Positions 20,126 to 30,178 are shown, counted from the stretch's first letter. The stretch is 64,000 bases of DNA from Deltaproteobacteria bacterium RIFOXYD12_FULL_56_24 (GCA_001799285.1 MGTD01000008.1:3699-67698); one strand, 5' to 3'. Numbers and translations: made by a program. The notes: generated by a model not told the origin, from the sequence alone.

Positions 20126-20177
20126 AGCAAAACAAAAAGGTTCGGAATATCTGGCTGATTTTACGTAAAACGAAGAC

Positions 20178-20193
20178 TGGCTTGGGTTTTGCA
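20178..20193 (+). promoter_or_regulatory. Sigma54 -24/-12 promoter of the decaheme cytochrome gene
   Basis: TGGCTTGGGTTTTGCA with exact GG-N10-GC spacing. Confidence 0.7.
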
Positions 20194-20317
20194 TAAGACC
20201 GGATGAGTTTGCTCCACGTCAGGCACCTGAAACAGGATCCAGCGTTGGCGCCACTTTTTTACCAGAACCGAAGTAGGCAAAACCTCATCACCAACTCAAA
20301 CCAGAAGGGAGACAAAG

Positions 20318-22639
20318 ATGAACAAACTGAAATTATTGCTTTTGATTGTTATGTTAGCTCTGGGGGCCGGCCTTTACGGCTGCTCCTCCGGTAATGATGG
20401 CGCGGCTGGCGCAGCTGGCGCGGCTGGCGTGGATGGCGCAGATGGCGCAGATGGCGCAGATGGCGCAGATGGTGCCGATGGCGCGGATGGCGCGGATGGT
20501 CCAGCTGGTCCAGCTGGTGCCGATGGCGCGGATGGCGCTGGTCTTGCTCCGGTAGCTGCCAAGCCATTAACGATCAGCAATCTGGTTCTCGGCGCTAATG
20601 CCGATGGGTTCATCACCGCCACCTTTACCGCTGCCAGCGGTACCACCGCGGTCACCGGCATGACCGATTCGGTCACCTCCATCGCTTTCGCCGGCCTTAT
20701 GCCGGCAACCGATGTCGCTTCTAACGAGTGGACCTATTGGGGCTCCGCTACCGATGCCTTGGTTGAAAGCGCCACCCCTGGCACCTACACCTTGACCTCC
20801 AACAAAAAAGTGGCTGACGCCCCGGCTAATACCACCACCCAGCGGGCGCTGATTCAGTTCAACAACGGGGCGGCTTACGAAAGGGCCAATGCCGTCTATA
20901 CTTTTGTCACCACCAATCTGGCGGTCCAAGTCGCTTCGGGCAAAGAAGTGGTGAACGACGCATCCTGTAAAGAGTGTCACGGCTACGGGGTGACCATTCA
21001 CGCCTTTGGCCGCAACGATACCAAGGCCTGCGTGGTCTGCCACAGCCCAAACTACAACTCCACCATCGCCGACCACGAAGCGGACATGGTCACCATGGTT
21101 CACCAGATTCACAGCGGTAAGGCTGCGACCTTTGGCAACCTGCATTGGGGTGGTCATGGCGATGGCTGGGGTATCGTAGGTGCCGGGGACAACCTCGGCT
21201 TGGATCCGGTCGCCACCCTCGTCTACCCAATGCGCGATAACATGCTCAACTGCGACAAGTGTCATAACACCGTGGCTCAGGCCACCAACTGGAAAACCAA
21301 GCCGACCATGGCTGCCTGTGATTCCTGCCATACCACGATCAAATTCGATGGTTCGGCCTTTACCGGGATCAACGGTGGCGCGGGTTCGCCACACGGCGTC
21401 GCTGACAACACCCTTTGTACATTTTGCCATTCTTCTGTTGGAGCCGTGGGATCGGCAACCGACATAGTTACCGTGCATACCCCGGCCGCCAATCGCAACG
21501 CCAGCCGGCGTACGGTTGTGACCACGATTACCGGCGTTACCGTAGATGTTGACGGCGGCGTTACGGTTGCTTTTGGCGTCACGGAAGGCGGCGCAGCCAA
21601 GACCGATCTTACTGCCGCATCCTTTACCCTGGCCAAACTGGTTCCCGCTACCACCGGTACCTCCAGCTATTGGGAAAGTTACCTGATGAAGATGCGGACC
21701 AGAACCGCCAACCACCCGGTGATGCAAGCGCAGCCTGAATCACAGAGCGATGGCACCTTGACTAACCTTGGGGCTGGCAACTATACTTACAAATTCGGCT
21801 TGAAGAATGGTGATGTTCTCGGTGACATCAGAACCATCACCAAAGTCGGCACCAGGATGGGCGCTGATTATCCAGCTAACCAAGCATACAATAGCACTAA
21901 CCTGCCGACCATGCTCTATACGGTCGCTTATGAACCTAATCTGACCCATCGGGTAACCGTCAGTATTACTAACGCCGACACCACGAAAGACAATATAAAA
22001 GAGGCGTCTTACGACTTTGTCCCGGGTGGCGGCACTGCCCAAACCCGCAACATCGTCAGTTGGGATACCGCTTGCGTTAAATGCCACGGTGGCAGCAAGC
22101 TTCACTCCGGTTACTCCCTCGAACGGTGTAGCGGTTGCCATACTAGAAACACCTTTGATCCGTACAGCAGCACCACCGCTCCGGCACTGACCACCGCTAG
22201 TGCTGCCTTGCCGGGCTCGCAGTCGGTCGAGATCGGCACCATTGTCCACAAGATCCACATGGGCCGTTTCCTGCCGAGCGTTCAGGAAGGTGGCGAGTAT
22301 GTGATCAACGGCGGGCATGATTACAGCAAGGCCCAGTATCCGGCCGGCCTGCCGGCGTTTAATCCGGCCACCAACACCACGGTTCCGGCGGCCCGGACCA
22401 CGTATGGTCGCCCGGCTGATTGTAAATTCTGCCATGATGAGAGTAATGCGGCGATGACCGAGTCCGCCAACTGGAAAACGGCCGGACGCGCCTGTGGCAG
22501 TTGCCATGACGGTGCAATGGCCACGGCCCACATTGAATCCAATACCATCGGCTCAGGCAGCTTCGCCGCCTGCGGCCTGTGCCATGCACCCGGCGCCCTG
22601 GCTCCGGTTGAAGAGGCGCATTATGGCGCTCAGCCTTAA
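20318..22639 (+). CDS. OmcA/MtrC-family decaheme c-type cytochrome lipoprotein
   Basis: Lipobox LYGC; ten CxxCH motifs in two groups of five separated by a beta-rich domain; N-terminal Gly-X-Y repeat. Confidence 0.88.
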   Translation: MNKLKLLLLIVMLALGAGLYGCSSGNDGAAGAAGAAGVDGADGADGADGADGADGADGADGPAGPAGADGADGAGLAPVAAKPLTISNLVLGANADGFITATFTAASGTTAVTGMTDSVTSIAFAGLMPATDVASNEWTYWGSATDALVESATPGTYTLTSNKKVADAPANTTTQRALIQFNNGAAYERANAVYTFVTTNLAVQVASGKEVVNDASCKECHGYGVTIHAFGRNDTKACVVCHSPNYNSTIADHEADMVTMVHQIHSGKAATFGNLHWGGHGDGWGIVGAGDNLGLDPVATLVYPMRDNMLNCDKCHNTVAQATNWKTKPTMAACDSCHTTIKFDGSAFTGINGGAGSPHGVADNTLCTFCHSSVGAVGSATDIVTVHTPAANRNASRRTVVTTITGVTVDVDGGVTVAFGVTEGGAAKTDLTAASFTLAKLVPATTGTSSYWESYLMKMRTRTANHPVMQAQPESQSDGTLTNLGAGNYTYKFGLKNGDVLGDIRTITKVGTRMGADYPANQAYNSTNLPTMLYTVAYEPNLTHRVTVSITNADTTKDNIKEASYDFVPGGGTAQTRNIVSWDTACVKCHGGSKLHSGYSLERCSGCHTRNTFDPYSSTTAPALTTASAALPGSQSVEIGTIVHKIHMGRFLPSVQEGGEYVINGGHDYSKAQYPAGLPAFNPATNTTVPAARTTYGRPADCKFCHDESNAAMTESANWKTAGRACGSCHDGAMATAHIESNTIGSGSFAACGLCHAPGALAPVEEAHYGAQP

Positions 22640-22698
22640 ATTGTAACTTAACTCCACCCCGCCCCTTGCTCTCAAGGCGAGGGGCGGGCAAACTTTAT

Positions 22699-22734
22699 AA
22701 AAAAAATCCCCGATGAAAATCGGGGATTTTTTTT
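22699..22734. terminator. Bidirectional intrinsic terminator after the cytochrome gene
   Basis: A8-ATCCCCGAT-loop-ATCGGGGAT-T8; a second GC hairpin lies just upstream at about 22657-22688. Confidence 0.85.
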
Positions 22735-22947
22735 GCCTTTTGCCCGGACTTGTCATTTTGACAATAGTTTTGTCTGCTCGAGCAAACCATAGCTGAGGCT
22801 CAAGAAAATATGCGCCTAATTCTAGATGCTATAAGCGTTCAGCTCAAAACTTAATCAAGTAAACACGTTAAGCAGAAAGATGACCGCAGAAAGCTGACCG
22901 CGTTCATCTGGAAAGAGAGTTTCCGGATGAACACTATTTAGGTACTC

Positions 22948-22963
22948 TGGCATGCTATTTGCG
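22948..22963 (+). promoter_or_regulatory. Sigma54 -24/-12 promoter-like site with no downstream + strand ORF
   Basis: TGGCATGCTATTTGCG, close match to TGGCAC-N5-TTGC. Confidence 0.55.
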
Positions 22964-23080
22964 AAAGATGGTGATGTCTGGCGGCGCACGGGATTAAAAC
23001 CATCCCGCATATTCTAGACAACGGCCTGTCCGTCAACGCTTTTCTCCCTTAGCGATGATGAACAGGTCGTTCTTTTTGGG

Positions 23081-24427
23081 CTACAAACCCCACTTATCGA
23101 TTTTACGATAGAGAGTACGCAGGCCGATGCCCAGCATCTTGGCGGCAGCAACCTTATTCATTCTGGTTTGCTGAAGGGCGGCGGCGATTAACTGTTTTTC
23201 GTTGCGGGCCAAAATACCGTCGGACGTTTCGGAAGGGCAATCCTCGGATGGTGCCGATAAACGACGGAGGTGCTCCGGGATGTCCTCAAGAGCCAGTTGC
23301 GGGCGCACCGCGGAAACCACCATACACTCAAGACAGCTCATCAACTCTCGGACATTGCCCGGCCAGGGATGGCACTCGAGAAAGTCCCGGGCGGTCCGAT
23401 TCAGGCCGGTGATGGGTCGATTGTGAATCTCGCTGTAATGGTTGAGAAAATGATCCACTAAAAGCGGGATATCCTCCTGCCGCTGGCGCAGAGCCGGGGT
23501 CTTGATCCTGACCACGCAGAGACGGTAGAAAAGATCCTCGCGGAACCCTCCCTTGGTCACCATTTCCTCAAGGTTCTGATTGGTGGCGGAAAGCAGGCGA
23601 ATGTCAACCTTAAGGGTTTTGGTGCCACCCACCCGCTCAAAGGTTTTTTCCTGTAGAAAACGGAGCAAACTTGCTTGGGCGGTGGCGGGCAGATCCCCTA
23701 TTTCATCAAGAAAGAGGGTGCCGCCGTCAGCTAATTCAAACCTTCCCTTCTTGGCGGTCACCGCCCCGGTGAAAGCCCCCCGTTCATGACCGAAAAGTTC
23801 CGATTCCAGGAGGTTGTCCACAAAGGCGGCGCAGTTAATCTTGATAAAAGGTCCGGACGCCCGCGAACTGTTAAAATGAATGTAGTTGGCGATCAGCTCT
23901 TTGCCGGTGCCTGACTCCCCCTCAATCAGCACAGTGGTAGAGGTATCGGCGATCCGTGCCAGTTGACCGACAATCTTTTGCATAATCGGAGAATCACCGA
24001 TCATGCGGGTGGGGGAGTAGCGCTCATGGAGCTTATTGCGCAACAGGATATTTTCCTGCCGCAGACGTCTGGTTTCCAGGGCTTTTTCCAGCAGCAGCAG
24101 CAGCCGATCCAGATTCACCGGCTTGGTCACGTAATCGTAGGCCCCCATTTTCATCGCCGCCACTGCCGATTCCACCGTACCATGCCCGGTGATCATCACC
24201 ACCATGGGCGGCTCCGCCATTTTACCGGTTTCCTCCAACATCTTAAGGCCATTCATTCCCGGCATCATCAAGTCGGCAAGGATGATATCGATCTCGCCTC
24301 CCTCAACGATCTGTAAGGCTTCCCGTCCGTCGGCCGCTGTCTGACATTGGTAATGTTCTGCCAGGAAACGGGCCAGGGTTTCCCGACTCAGTTTGTCATC
24401 ATCAACGATCAGGATATGTTTTAGCAT
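23081..24427 (-). CDS. Sigma54-dependent response regulator (NtrC family)
   Basis: Receiver domain, GESGTGKE Walker A, GAFTGA loop, FREDLFYRL, WPGNVREL, C-terminal Fis HTH. Confidence 0.96.
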   Translation of the reverse strand: MLKHILIVDDDKLSRETLARFLAEHYQCQTAADGREALQIVEGGEIDIILADLMMPGMNGLKMLEETGKMAEPPMVVMITGHGTVESAVAAMKMGAYDYVTKPVNLDRLLLLLEKALETRRLRQENILLRNKLHERYSPTRMIGDSPIMQKIVGQLARIADTSTTVLIEGESGTGKELIANYIHFNSSRASGPFIKINCAAFVDNLLESELFGHERGAFTGAVTAKKGRFELADGGTLFLDEIGDLPATAQASLLRFLQEKTFERVGGTKTLKVDIRLLSATNQNLEEMVTKGGFREDLFYRLCVVRIKTPALRQRQEDIPLLVDHFLNHYSEIHNRPITGLNRTARDFLECHPWPGNVRELMSCLECMVVSAVRPQLALEDIPEHLRRLSAPSEDCPSETSDGILARNEKQLIAAALQQTRMNKVAAAKMLGIGLRTLYRKIDKWGL

Positions 24428-24487
24428 GGGTTTCGTCGTGTAGTGGGTTTTGCCGCTGGCATCAAAACGGGAGCCCGACGGGGCTGC

Positions 24488-26035
24488 TTAACTGATTGGC
24501 AGACTAATTTCAAAGATGGTGCCTTCCTGCTCCTTGCTGCGACAACTGATCCGGCCGCCGTGATCCTCGGCTATTTTCTGGACGATGGCCAGCCCAAATC
24601 CCATTCCCAAAGGTTTGCGACTGAAGAACGGCTCAAAAATACGGGGCAGGTCGGCTGGGGCAATCCCGCTGCCGGTATCGGCTACCGCCAGGATTATTTC
24701 ATGCCCTTGGCGGAAAGTGCTAAATTTCAACTCACCGCCGGCGGGAGTGGCGGCAAAGGCGTTCATTCCCAGATTAATCAGGGCCTGAATCAGTTTGTTT
24801 TCATCGAGCATGATCGGCGGCAACTCCGGCGCCAGATCGCTGGTAATCCTGATGTCCGATTTTTCCGCCCGTTGCCCCAGAAGTTCGACCACCCCGGCGA
24901 CAACCTGATTGATCTCCTTGCTCTCCAGTTTGGGTTTGGCGAAACGGGCGTAGTTGACGAAATCGTCCAAAATTTCGCTGATCCGGCTAATCTCGCCGCC
25001 CAGCAGGCTGATGAGTTCGTCCAAGGGGTCCGGCCCTTGCCCCGCCGGACATTCTGCTCGGAGTTTGTTCTTTTCCCGCTTGAGCAATTGTAAATTAAGC
25101 GACAAGGCATTAAGCGGGGTTTTGATCTCGTGATTTACACTGGTGGCGATCTGCCCCATAGTGGCCAAACGCTCCAGCCGCAGTAGTTCGTGTTGAGCGT
25201 TTTCCAACTCGCCGGTTCTTTCCCGTACTTTTTCCTCCAACTCCCGGTTGAAATCCTGGAGGCGGCTTTCCTTTTCCTGGATTTGACTCGCCATTTGGTT
25301 GAAAGAGCGATAAAGCAGCCCGATTTCCGTGCGGGAATCGATCGACATACGGATAGCAAGATCACCGGCGGCCAATTGCCTGGTGGCGACAGTCAAGTTT
25401 TTAATCGGGCTGACCACCTTGCGCGAATAAACCTTATAGAGCAGAAAGAACATCAGCAACCCGAATATTGCAAAAAATACATACAGAATCGCAATAATCC
25501 GCATCCGCAAATCTGATTTTTTAATCTTGCGGGCAATGATTTCAAAATGCAGCCGGTTGATCTCCCCGGTAAACCCTTCCAGCATGTGGACATATTTATC
25601 CAGATGGACCAACTGACTCGTGCTGAATTCTCCGGAGATGACCGCCGCATGAATTTTCATGATTTCATGCAGCTGCTTGTCGATCTGCCGCAACAACCTA
25701 ATTTCCTCTTGGGCCTCGGGGTAGGATGAGTTTTTTTCGTAATTGATATAGTTATGAATCTTGGGATTAATTATCTCGTAGAGTTCAATCACCCGCCAGC
25801 TGTATTCCGCCTTAGGCTGGAGAATGAACATCTGAAGGGCAAAGATCAACTTGTTGGTCTTGCCTTGAATCTGATTTACCAGGCTGATATTACGACTCTC
25901 GGTCTCGATCAGATGAATCTTGGCCAGCATGGCTTTGGCCATGAAGAGTGATAGCCCGCCGATCACTAAAACTACCACCAGTACCGTAATTGCGGCAAGA
26001 CGGGTGTATGAATCAATGCTTTTATTAATATTCAT
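24488..26035 (-). CDS. Membrane sensor histidine kinase (2 TM, HAMP, HisKA, HATPase)
   Basis: H-box SVNHEIKTPLNAL, N/G boxes; start moved to 26035 because the ORF-track N-terminus runs through a repeat. Confidence 0.9.
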   Translation of the reverse strand: MNINKSIDSYTRLAAITVLVVVLVIGGLSLFMAKAMLAKIHLIETESRNISLVNQIQGKTNKLIFALQMFILQPKAEYSWRVIELYEIINPKIHNYINYEKNSSYPEAQEEIRLLRQIDKQLHEIMKIHAAVISGEFSTSQLVHLDKYVHMLEGFTGEINRLHFEIIARKIKKSDLRMRIIAILYVFFAIFGLLMFFLLYKVYSRKVVSPIKNLTVATRQLAAGDLAIRMSIDSRTEIGLLYRSFNQMASQIQEKESRLQDFNRELEEKVRERTGELENAQHELLRLERLATMGQIATSVNHEIKTPLNALSLNLQLLKREKNKLRAECPAGQGPDPLDELISLLGGEISRISEILDDFVNYARFAKPKLESKEINQVVAGVVELLGQRAEKSDIRITSDLAPELPPIMLDENKLIQALINLGMNAFAATPAGGELKFSTFRQGHEIILAVADTGSGIAPADLPRIFEPFFSRKPLGMGFGLAIVQKIAEDHGGRISCRSKEQEGTIFEISLPIS

Positions 26036-26117
26036 AGAATTTGAATTACGGAAATCGCCCCTGTATGTCCTGGCAAAAACACCTGGCGCAAAAGCCATCC
26101 CGTTTGAAAAATCATGC

Positions 26118-26155
26118 CTATCCAGCTCAAGGCCGGAAACGAATAAAAACAACCC
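26118..26155 (+). repeat. Truncated copy of repeat module D
   Basis: CTATCCAGCTCAAGGCCGGAAACGAATAAAAACAACCC matches 14631-14668 and the inverse at 54110-54147. Confidence 0.8.
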
Positions 26156-26440
26156 TTAAACCATCGAACCATTGTCTTGTAGCTACGGCAGAGCGGTTTG
26201 TCAATCCATAATAAATCCCCCCATAACTCCGATAAATAGGCTGTTTTAAACAGGTGGCATATTCCGCTGTAAGCTGGCCAGTTATTTTTTTGCCGTGCAG
26301 GCGGAAAACGGTAATCGCTTACCAGTGGCCTTTTTTGTTTGGGATTAACAGATATGCTTGTCAGCGGGCAACAGGATATAGTATTGAGTAGAGATGGTTC
26401 TTCCTGCACCTAACAACCTTTGAAGGGTAGCCTCGCAGCC

Positions 26441-28657
26441 ATGGCAGTAGCAGACAATAAATCCAATTTGCGTTCCACGGTAAAAGATCAATCCGGGGCC
26501 GGAAAGATCAAGATAGGCGAACTCCTGCGCAAGGCCGGGCAGATCAGCAGCTACCAGCTTGATGAGGCCCTGGCCGCCCAGAAAAAATCCGGCGGCCGCC
26601 TGAGCAGTATTCTCCTGCGCTTTGGGCATATTGAAGAATCCACCATTCTCAATTTTTTAACTCGCCTGCACAACTATCAATCCGTTGTTATCAGCAGGGA
26701 ACCGCCTAAGCCGGAGGTCTTGACGCTTCTGCCCTACGAAATCGCCAAGAAATATCTGGCTTTTCCGTTAAGGCAAATCGGCAAATCCCTCCAGGTGGCC
26801 ATGGCCGAACCCACGGATACCGGGGCGGTGGAAAGCTTGCAGGCTGCGGTCAAAATGCCGTTGACCGTCTGTGTCGCCACGGAAAAAGATATCGTTGACG
26901 CATATAAGACCTATTACAAGATCAGCGAGGAGGAGCATCAGTCTTTTTTTACCTCGGTGGGCGCGGATGACAAGGACGAGGAGCCTGTCACCCAGATCGA
27001 CGATTTCGGCACCCTGGCCTCCGAGGCGGCCGATGGCATGGAGATTGCCTCGCTGGAAGACGAGGGCGGGGCTGATCAGTATTCCGCTTCGGACGCACCC
27101 ATCATCAAGCTGGTCAACGGTATCCTGGTCAAGGCGGTCAACGACGGGGTGAGCGATATCCACATCGAGCCCTATGAGAAAACCCTTCAGGTGCGCTACC
27201 GCATGGATGGCTCCCTGTACAAGTCCATGAACCTGCCCCTTTCCATCAAGAATGCCCTGAATTCCAGAATAAAGATCATGTCCCAGCTCGATATCACCGA
27301 GCGGAGGATACCCCAGGACGGCCGGATCCGGATCAAGTTGGGGCGGAACCGGGCCGTGGATTTCCGGGTTTCCACCCTGCCCACCCTGTTCGGGGAGAGT
27401 ATCGTTCTTCGTATCCTTGACAAGGGCAGTCTTAATGTCGATCTCACCAAACTCGGTTTTGAGAAGGAAACCTTTGCCACCCTTAAGCGCTGCATCGACC
27501 GGCCCCAGGGATTGCTGCTCGTTACCGGCCCCACGGGCAGCGGCAAGACGGTAACCCTCTATTCGGTGCTCAACTCGCTCAACAGCGAAGACACCAAGAT
27601 CCTCACCGCCGAAGATCCGGTGGAGTTCAACTTTAAGGGGATCAACCAGGTCAATGTCAAAAAAGAAGTGGGCATGACCTTTCCCGCAGCGCTCAAGGCC
27701 TTTCTCCGGCAAGATCCCGACATCATCATGGTCGGCGAGATCCGGGATATGGAAACCGCCGAGATTGCCATCAAGGCGGCCATGACTGGGCATCTTGTTC
27801 TCAGTACCCTCCACACTAATGATTGTCCCGCCACCATCGGCCGCCTGGTTGATATTGGTATTCCGCCCTTTATGCTGGCCTCGGCCGTTACCATGGTTCT
27901 TTCCCAGCGGTTGGCGAGAAAGCTTTGTGTTCATTGCAGGGAGGAGGTTCCTCAACCGCCCAAGGAAGAGCTGATTGCCCTGGGTTTTACCGAGGAGGAT
28001 TTTGAAAAAGGTTTTGTTATCTATGGTCCCAAGGGCTGCCAGAAATGCAACGGCGGCGGTTATAAGGGACGAGTAGGTCTTTTTGAGCTGATGGAGATCA
28101 CCGATGAGGTGGCCAAGGCGATCAGCGCCGAAGTGCCAGAGGATCAACTGCGCAAGATCGCGGTGCAGGAAGGAATGATCCCCCTGCGGCGGGCCGGGGT
28201 GAAAAAGGTTATCGAAGGCGCCACCAGCATAGAAGAGATTTTGCGGCGTACCGTGATCACCGAAGAGAGTTTGCCCGCCTATCTGGTCCATCCGGATATC
28301 GAGGATTACGAGGATGGGGATTTCATCATTCGCCAGAACAATAACGACACCGATTTTTTCAAACTGGTCATCGGTGCCGTATCCGTAGTGAAGGATGGTA
28401 AAAAGATCGCCGAGATTACCGAGCCGGGCGAGTATTTCGGCGAGATGAGCGCCATTTCCGGCGAGCCCCGTTCCGCCTCCATCACCTCCAAAGGACGATC
28501 CAGGGTGAAACGTTTTCCCGGCGACAAGCTCCAGGAGGTTATTCAAAAATATCCCGATGTGGCCGGCCATCTTTTTAAAACCGTAGTCAACCGGTTGACC
28601 CAGGCCAACAATATTATTGTTAAACTGGCAAACGATCGGGCAAGAAAACAGGAATAA
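26441..28657 (+). CDS. pilB: Type IV pilus assembly ATPase PilB with C-terminal cNMP-binding domain
   Basis: KIGELL N-terminal (MshEN-like) motif, SDIHIEP, GPTGSGKT, TAEDPVE, LRQDPDIIMVGEIRD, tetracysteine motif; tail FGEMSAISGEPRSAS. Confidence 0.92.
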   Translation: MAVADNKSNLRSTVKDQSGAGKIKIGELLRKAGQISSYQLDEALAAQKKSGGRLSSILLRFGHIEESTILNFLTRLHNYQSVVISREPPKPEVLTLLPYEIAKKYLAFPLRQIGKSLQVAMAEPTDTGAVESLQAAVKMPLTVCVATEKDIVDAYKTYYKISEEEHQSFFTSVGADDKDEEPVTQIDDFGTLASEAADGMEIASLEDEGGADQYSASDAPIIKLVNGILVKAVNDGVSDIHIEPYEKTLQVRYRMDGSLYKSMNLPLSIKNALNSRIKIMSQLDITERRIPQDGRIRIKLGRNRAVDFRVSTLPTLFGESIVLRILDKGSLNVDLTKLGFEKETFATLKRCIDRPQGLLLVTGPTGSGKTVTLYSVLNSLNSEDTKILTAEDPVEFNFKGINQVNVKKEVGMTFPAALKAFLRQDPDIIMVGEIRDMETAEIAIKAAMTGHLVLSTLHTNDCPATIGRLVDIGIPPFMLASAVTMVLSQRLARKLCVHCREEVPQPPKEELIALGFTEEDFEKGFVIYGPKGCQKCNGGGYKGRVGLFELMEITDEVAKAISAEVPEDQLRKIAVQEGMIPLRRAGVKKVIEGATSIEEILRRTVITEESLPAYLVHPDIEDYEDGDFIIRQNNNDTDFFKLVIGAVSVVKDGKKIAEITEPGEYFGEMSAISGEPRSASITSKGRSRVKRFPGDKLQEVIQKYPDVAGHLFKTVVNRLTQANNIIVKLANDRARKQE

Positions 28658-28809
28658 TAAGGCGATAGCTTTCTTTCTCGTCATCTTTACTGCAATTGTA
28701 TTTTCCCCTCATTTTTTTCTGCTATTTTCCTCCGAAAAATGTATAGTGCAGGGCTTTTTGCAAGTATATCTACCTATTGAAATATCGTGTCGAATTGGGT
28801 AGTTTTGTT

Positions 28810-28917
28810 GTAAACGGTCACAGGTTACCACATCTTGCGGCGATCGGTCCGGCTCACGTACAAAAGTACGCATCGCCAGCCCGCTTGCCGCAACCTGCGG
28901 CACCCTGTGACCGTTTG
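28810..28917. repeat. Miniature inverted-repeat element, family C
   Basis: Near-identical to 9603-9711; homology extends about 40 bp further (GGTTATTTGACCTTTGTGGG). Confidence 0.88.
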
Positions 28918-29111
28918 TTCCCCTGGTTATTTGACCTTTGTGGGCTTACCCGTGATTGATTACGTTTTGTTAGCTCTGATCCTCTTCCTGCTTTGGCGGG
29001 GACATCCTCCGAGGGGGGGTGCGTCAGAAAGAAGAGGCGGCAGGTCTTTTTTTTCCCGTGGTACGCACATCAACTAGAACTCTATAACTTTTTGATATAA
29101 GGAGAAAATGA

Positions 29112-29999
29112 ATGAGTGCCAAGATTATCAGCGGGACGGAAGTTGCCAAAGCCATCCGGGAAGAATTGCAGGCCGAGGTCGCCGTGCTTAAGGAGAAACA
29201 TGATATTGTCCCTGGCCTGGTGACGATCCTGGTGGGTGAAGATCCGGCCTCTCAATCTTACGTGAGCGCCAAAAACAAGACTGCCCATGCGCTCGGCATC
29301 CATTCCGAGCAGGTAACCTTGCCAGCCGACACCAGCGAGCAGGATCTTCTGTCCATTGTCGAGAAATTTAACAAGGACAAGAATATCCACGGCATTCTCG
29401 TGCAGCTGCCCCTGCCCAAGCATATTAATGAAACCAATGTGTTATATGCCATTGATCCGGCCAAGGACGTGGATGGATTTCATCCGGTGAATGTGGGCAA
29501 GATGGTGGTGGGCGAGGAGTGCTTTCTGCCCTGCACGCCCCACGGCATCCTCGAGCTGCTGATTCGCAGCGGGGTGGAAACCAGCGGCGCAGAGGTGGTG
29601 GTCATCGGACGCAGTAATATTGTCGGCAAGCCCATCGCCAACCTGATGCTTCAGAAGCGTAAAGGCGGCAACGCCACGGTTACCCTGTGCCATACCCGGA
29701 CCAAGGACATGGCCGCCCATTGCAAGCGTGCTGATATTATCATCGCCGCGGTCGGGGTGCCGAAGATGGTGACCGCCGACATGGTGAAGGACGGGGTGGT
29801 GATAATCGATGTCGGGGTGAACCGGATTGGTAAGACCGCGGACGGCAAGGCCATTCTTGCCGGGGATGTGGATTTTGATGCGGTAAAGGAAAAAGCCTCG
29901 TATATTACCCCTGTTCCGGGGGGGGTCGGGCCGATGACCATCACCATGCTTATGAAAAATACCGTACAGGCAGCCAGGCAGACCGCGAGCCTGAAATAG
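29112..29999 (+). CDS. folD: Methylene-THF dehydrogenase/cyclohydrolase
   Basis: GILVQLPLP, KDVDGFHP, PCTPHG, IGRSNIVGKP, TPVPGGVGPMT. Confidence 0.97.
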   Translation: MSAKIISGTEVAKAIREELQAEVAVLKEKHDIVPGLVTILVGEDPASQSYVSAKNKTAHALGIHSEQVTLPADTSEQDLLSIVEKFNKDKNIHGILVQLPLPKHINETNVLYAIDPAKDVDGFHPVNVGKMVVGEECFLPCTPHGILELLIRSGVETSGAEVVVIGRSNIVGKPIANLMLQKRKGGNATVTLCHTRTKDMAAHCKRADIIIAAVGVPKMVTADMVKDGVVIIDVGVNRIGKTADGKAILAGDVDFDAVKEKASYITPVPGGVGPMTITMLMKNTVQAARQTASLK

Positions 30000-30016
30000 A
30001 CTAAAACAATCCCACG

Positions 30017-30148
30017 GTAACTGTTCAGCAGTGCCGCAGATGCGTGTGTCAATTGTCGGCAGCAGTGCCGACCAAGAGGTCTGCGAAGTGTGCTATTGCA
30101 CATGAGCAGGCCGATGACAAAGCAGATGTGGTGCTGCTGAACAGTTAC
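30017..30148. repeat. Family B variant with different interior (132 bp)
   Basis: GTAACTGTTCAGCAGTGCCGCAGAT..ATGTGGTGCTGCTGAACAGTTAC. Confidence 0.8.
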
Positions 30149-30178
30149 ATAGCGAACCCAAGATGCTGAGGACATACG

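Noticed and set aside
20194-20317. c-di-GMP riboswitch in the cytochrome leader
   Set aside because: GGCAAA is present, but the GNRA loop/receptor and second stem of the class I motif are not evident.
20349-20682. His/Arg- and Pro/Ser-repeat ORFs on the minus strand
   Set aside because: They are alternative-frame readings of the Gly-Ala-Asp repeat of the cytochrome gene.
26036-26152. N-terminal 39 aa of the ORF-track kinase, and ORF 54113-54622 which starts with the same MFLFVSGLELD
   Set aside because: Both starts are translations of repeat module D, not real protein sequence.
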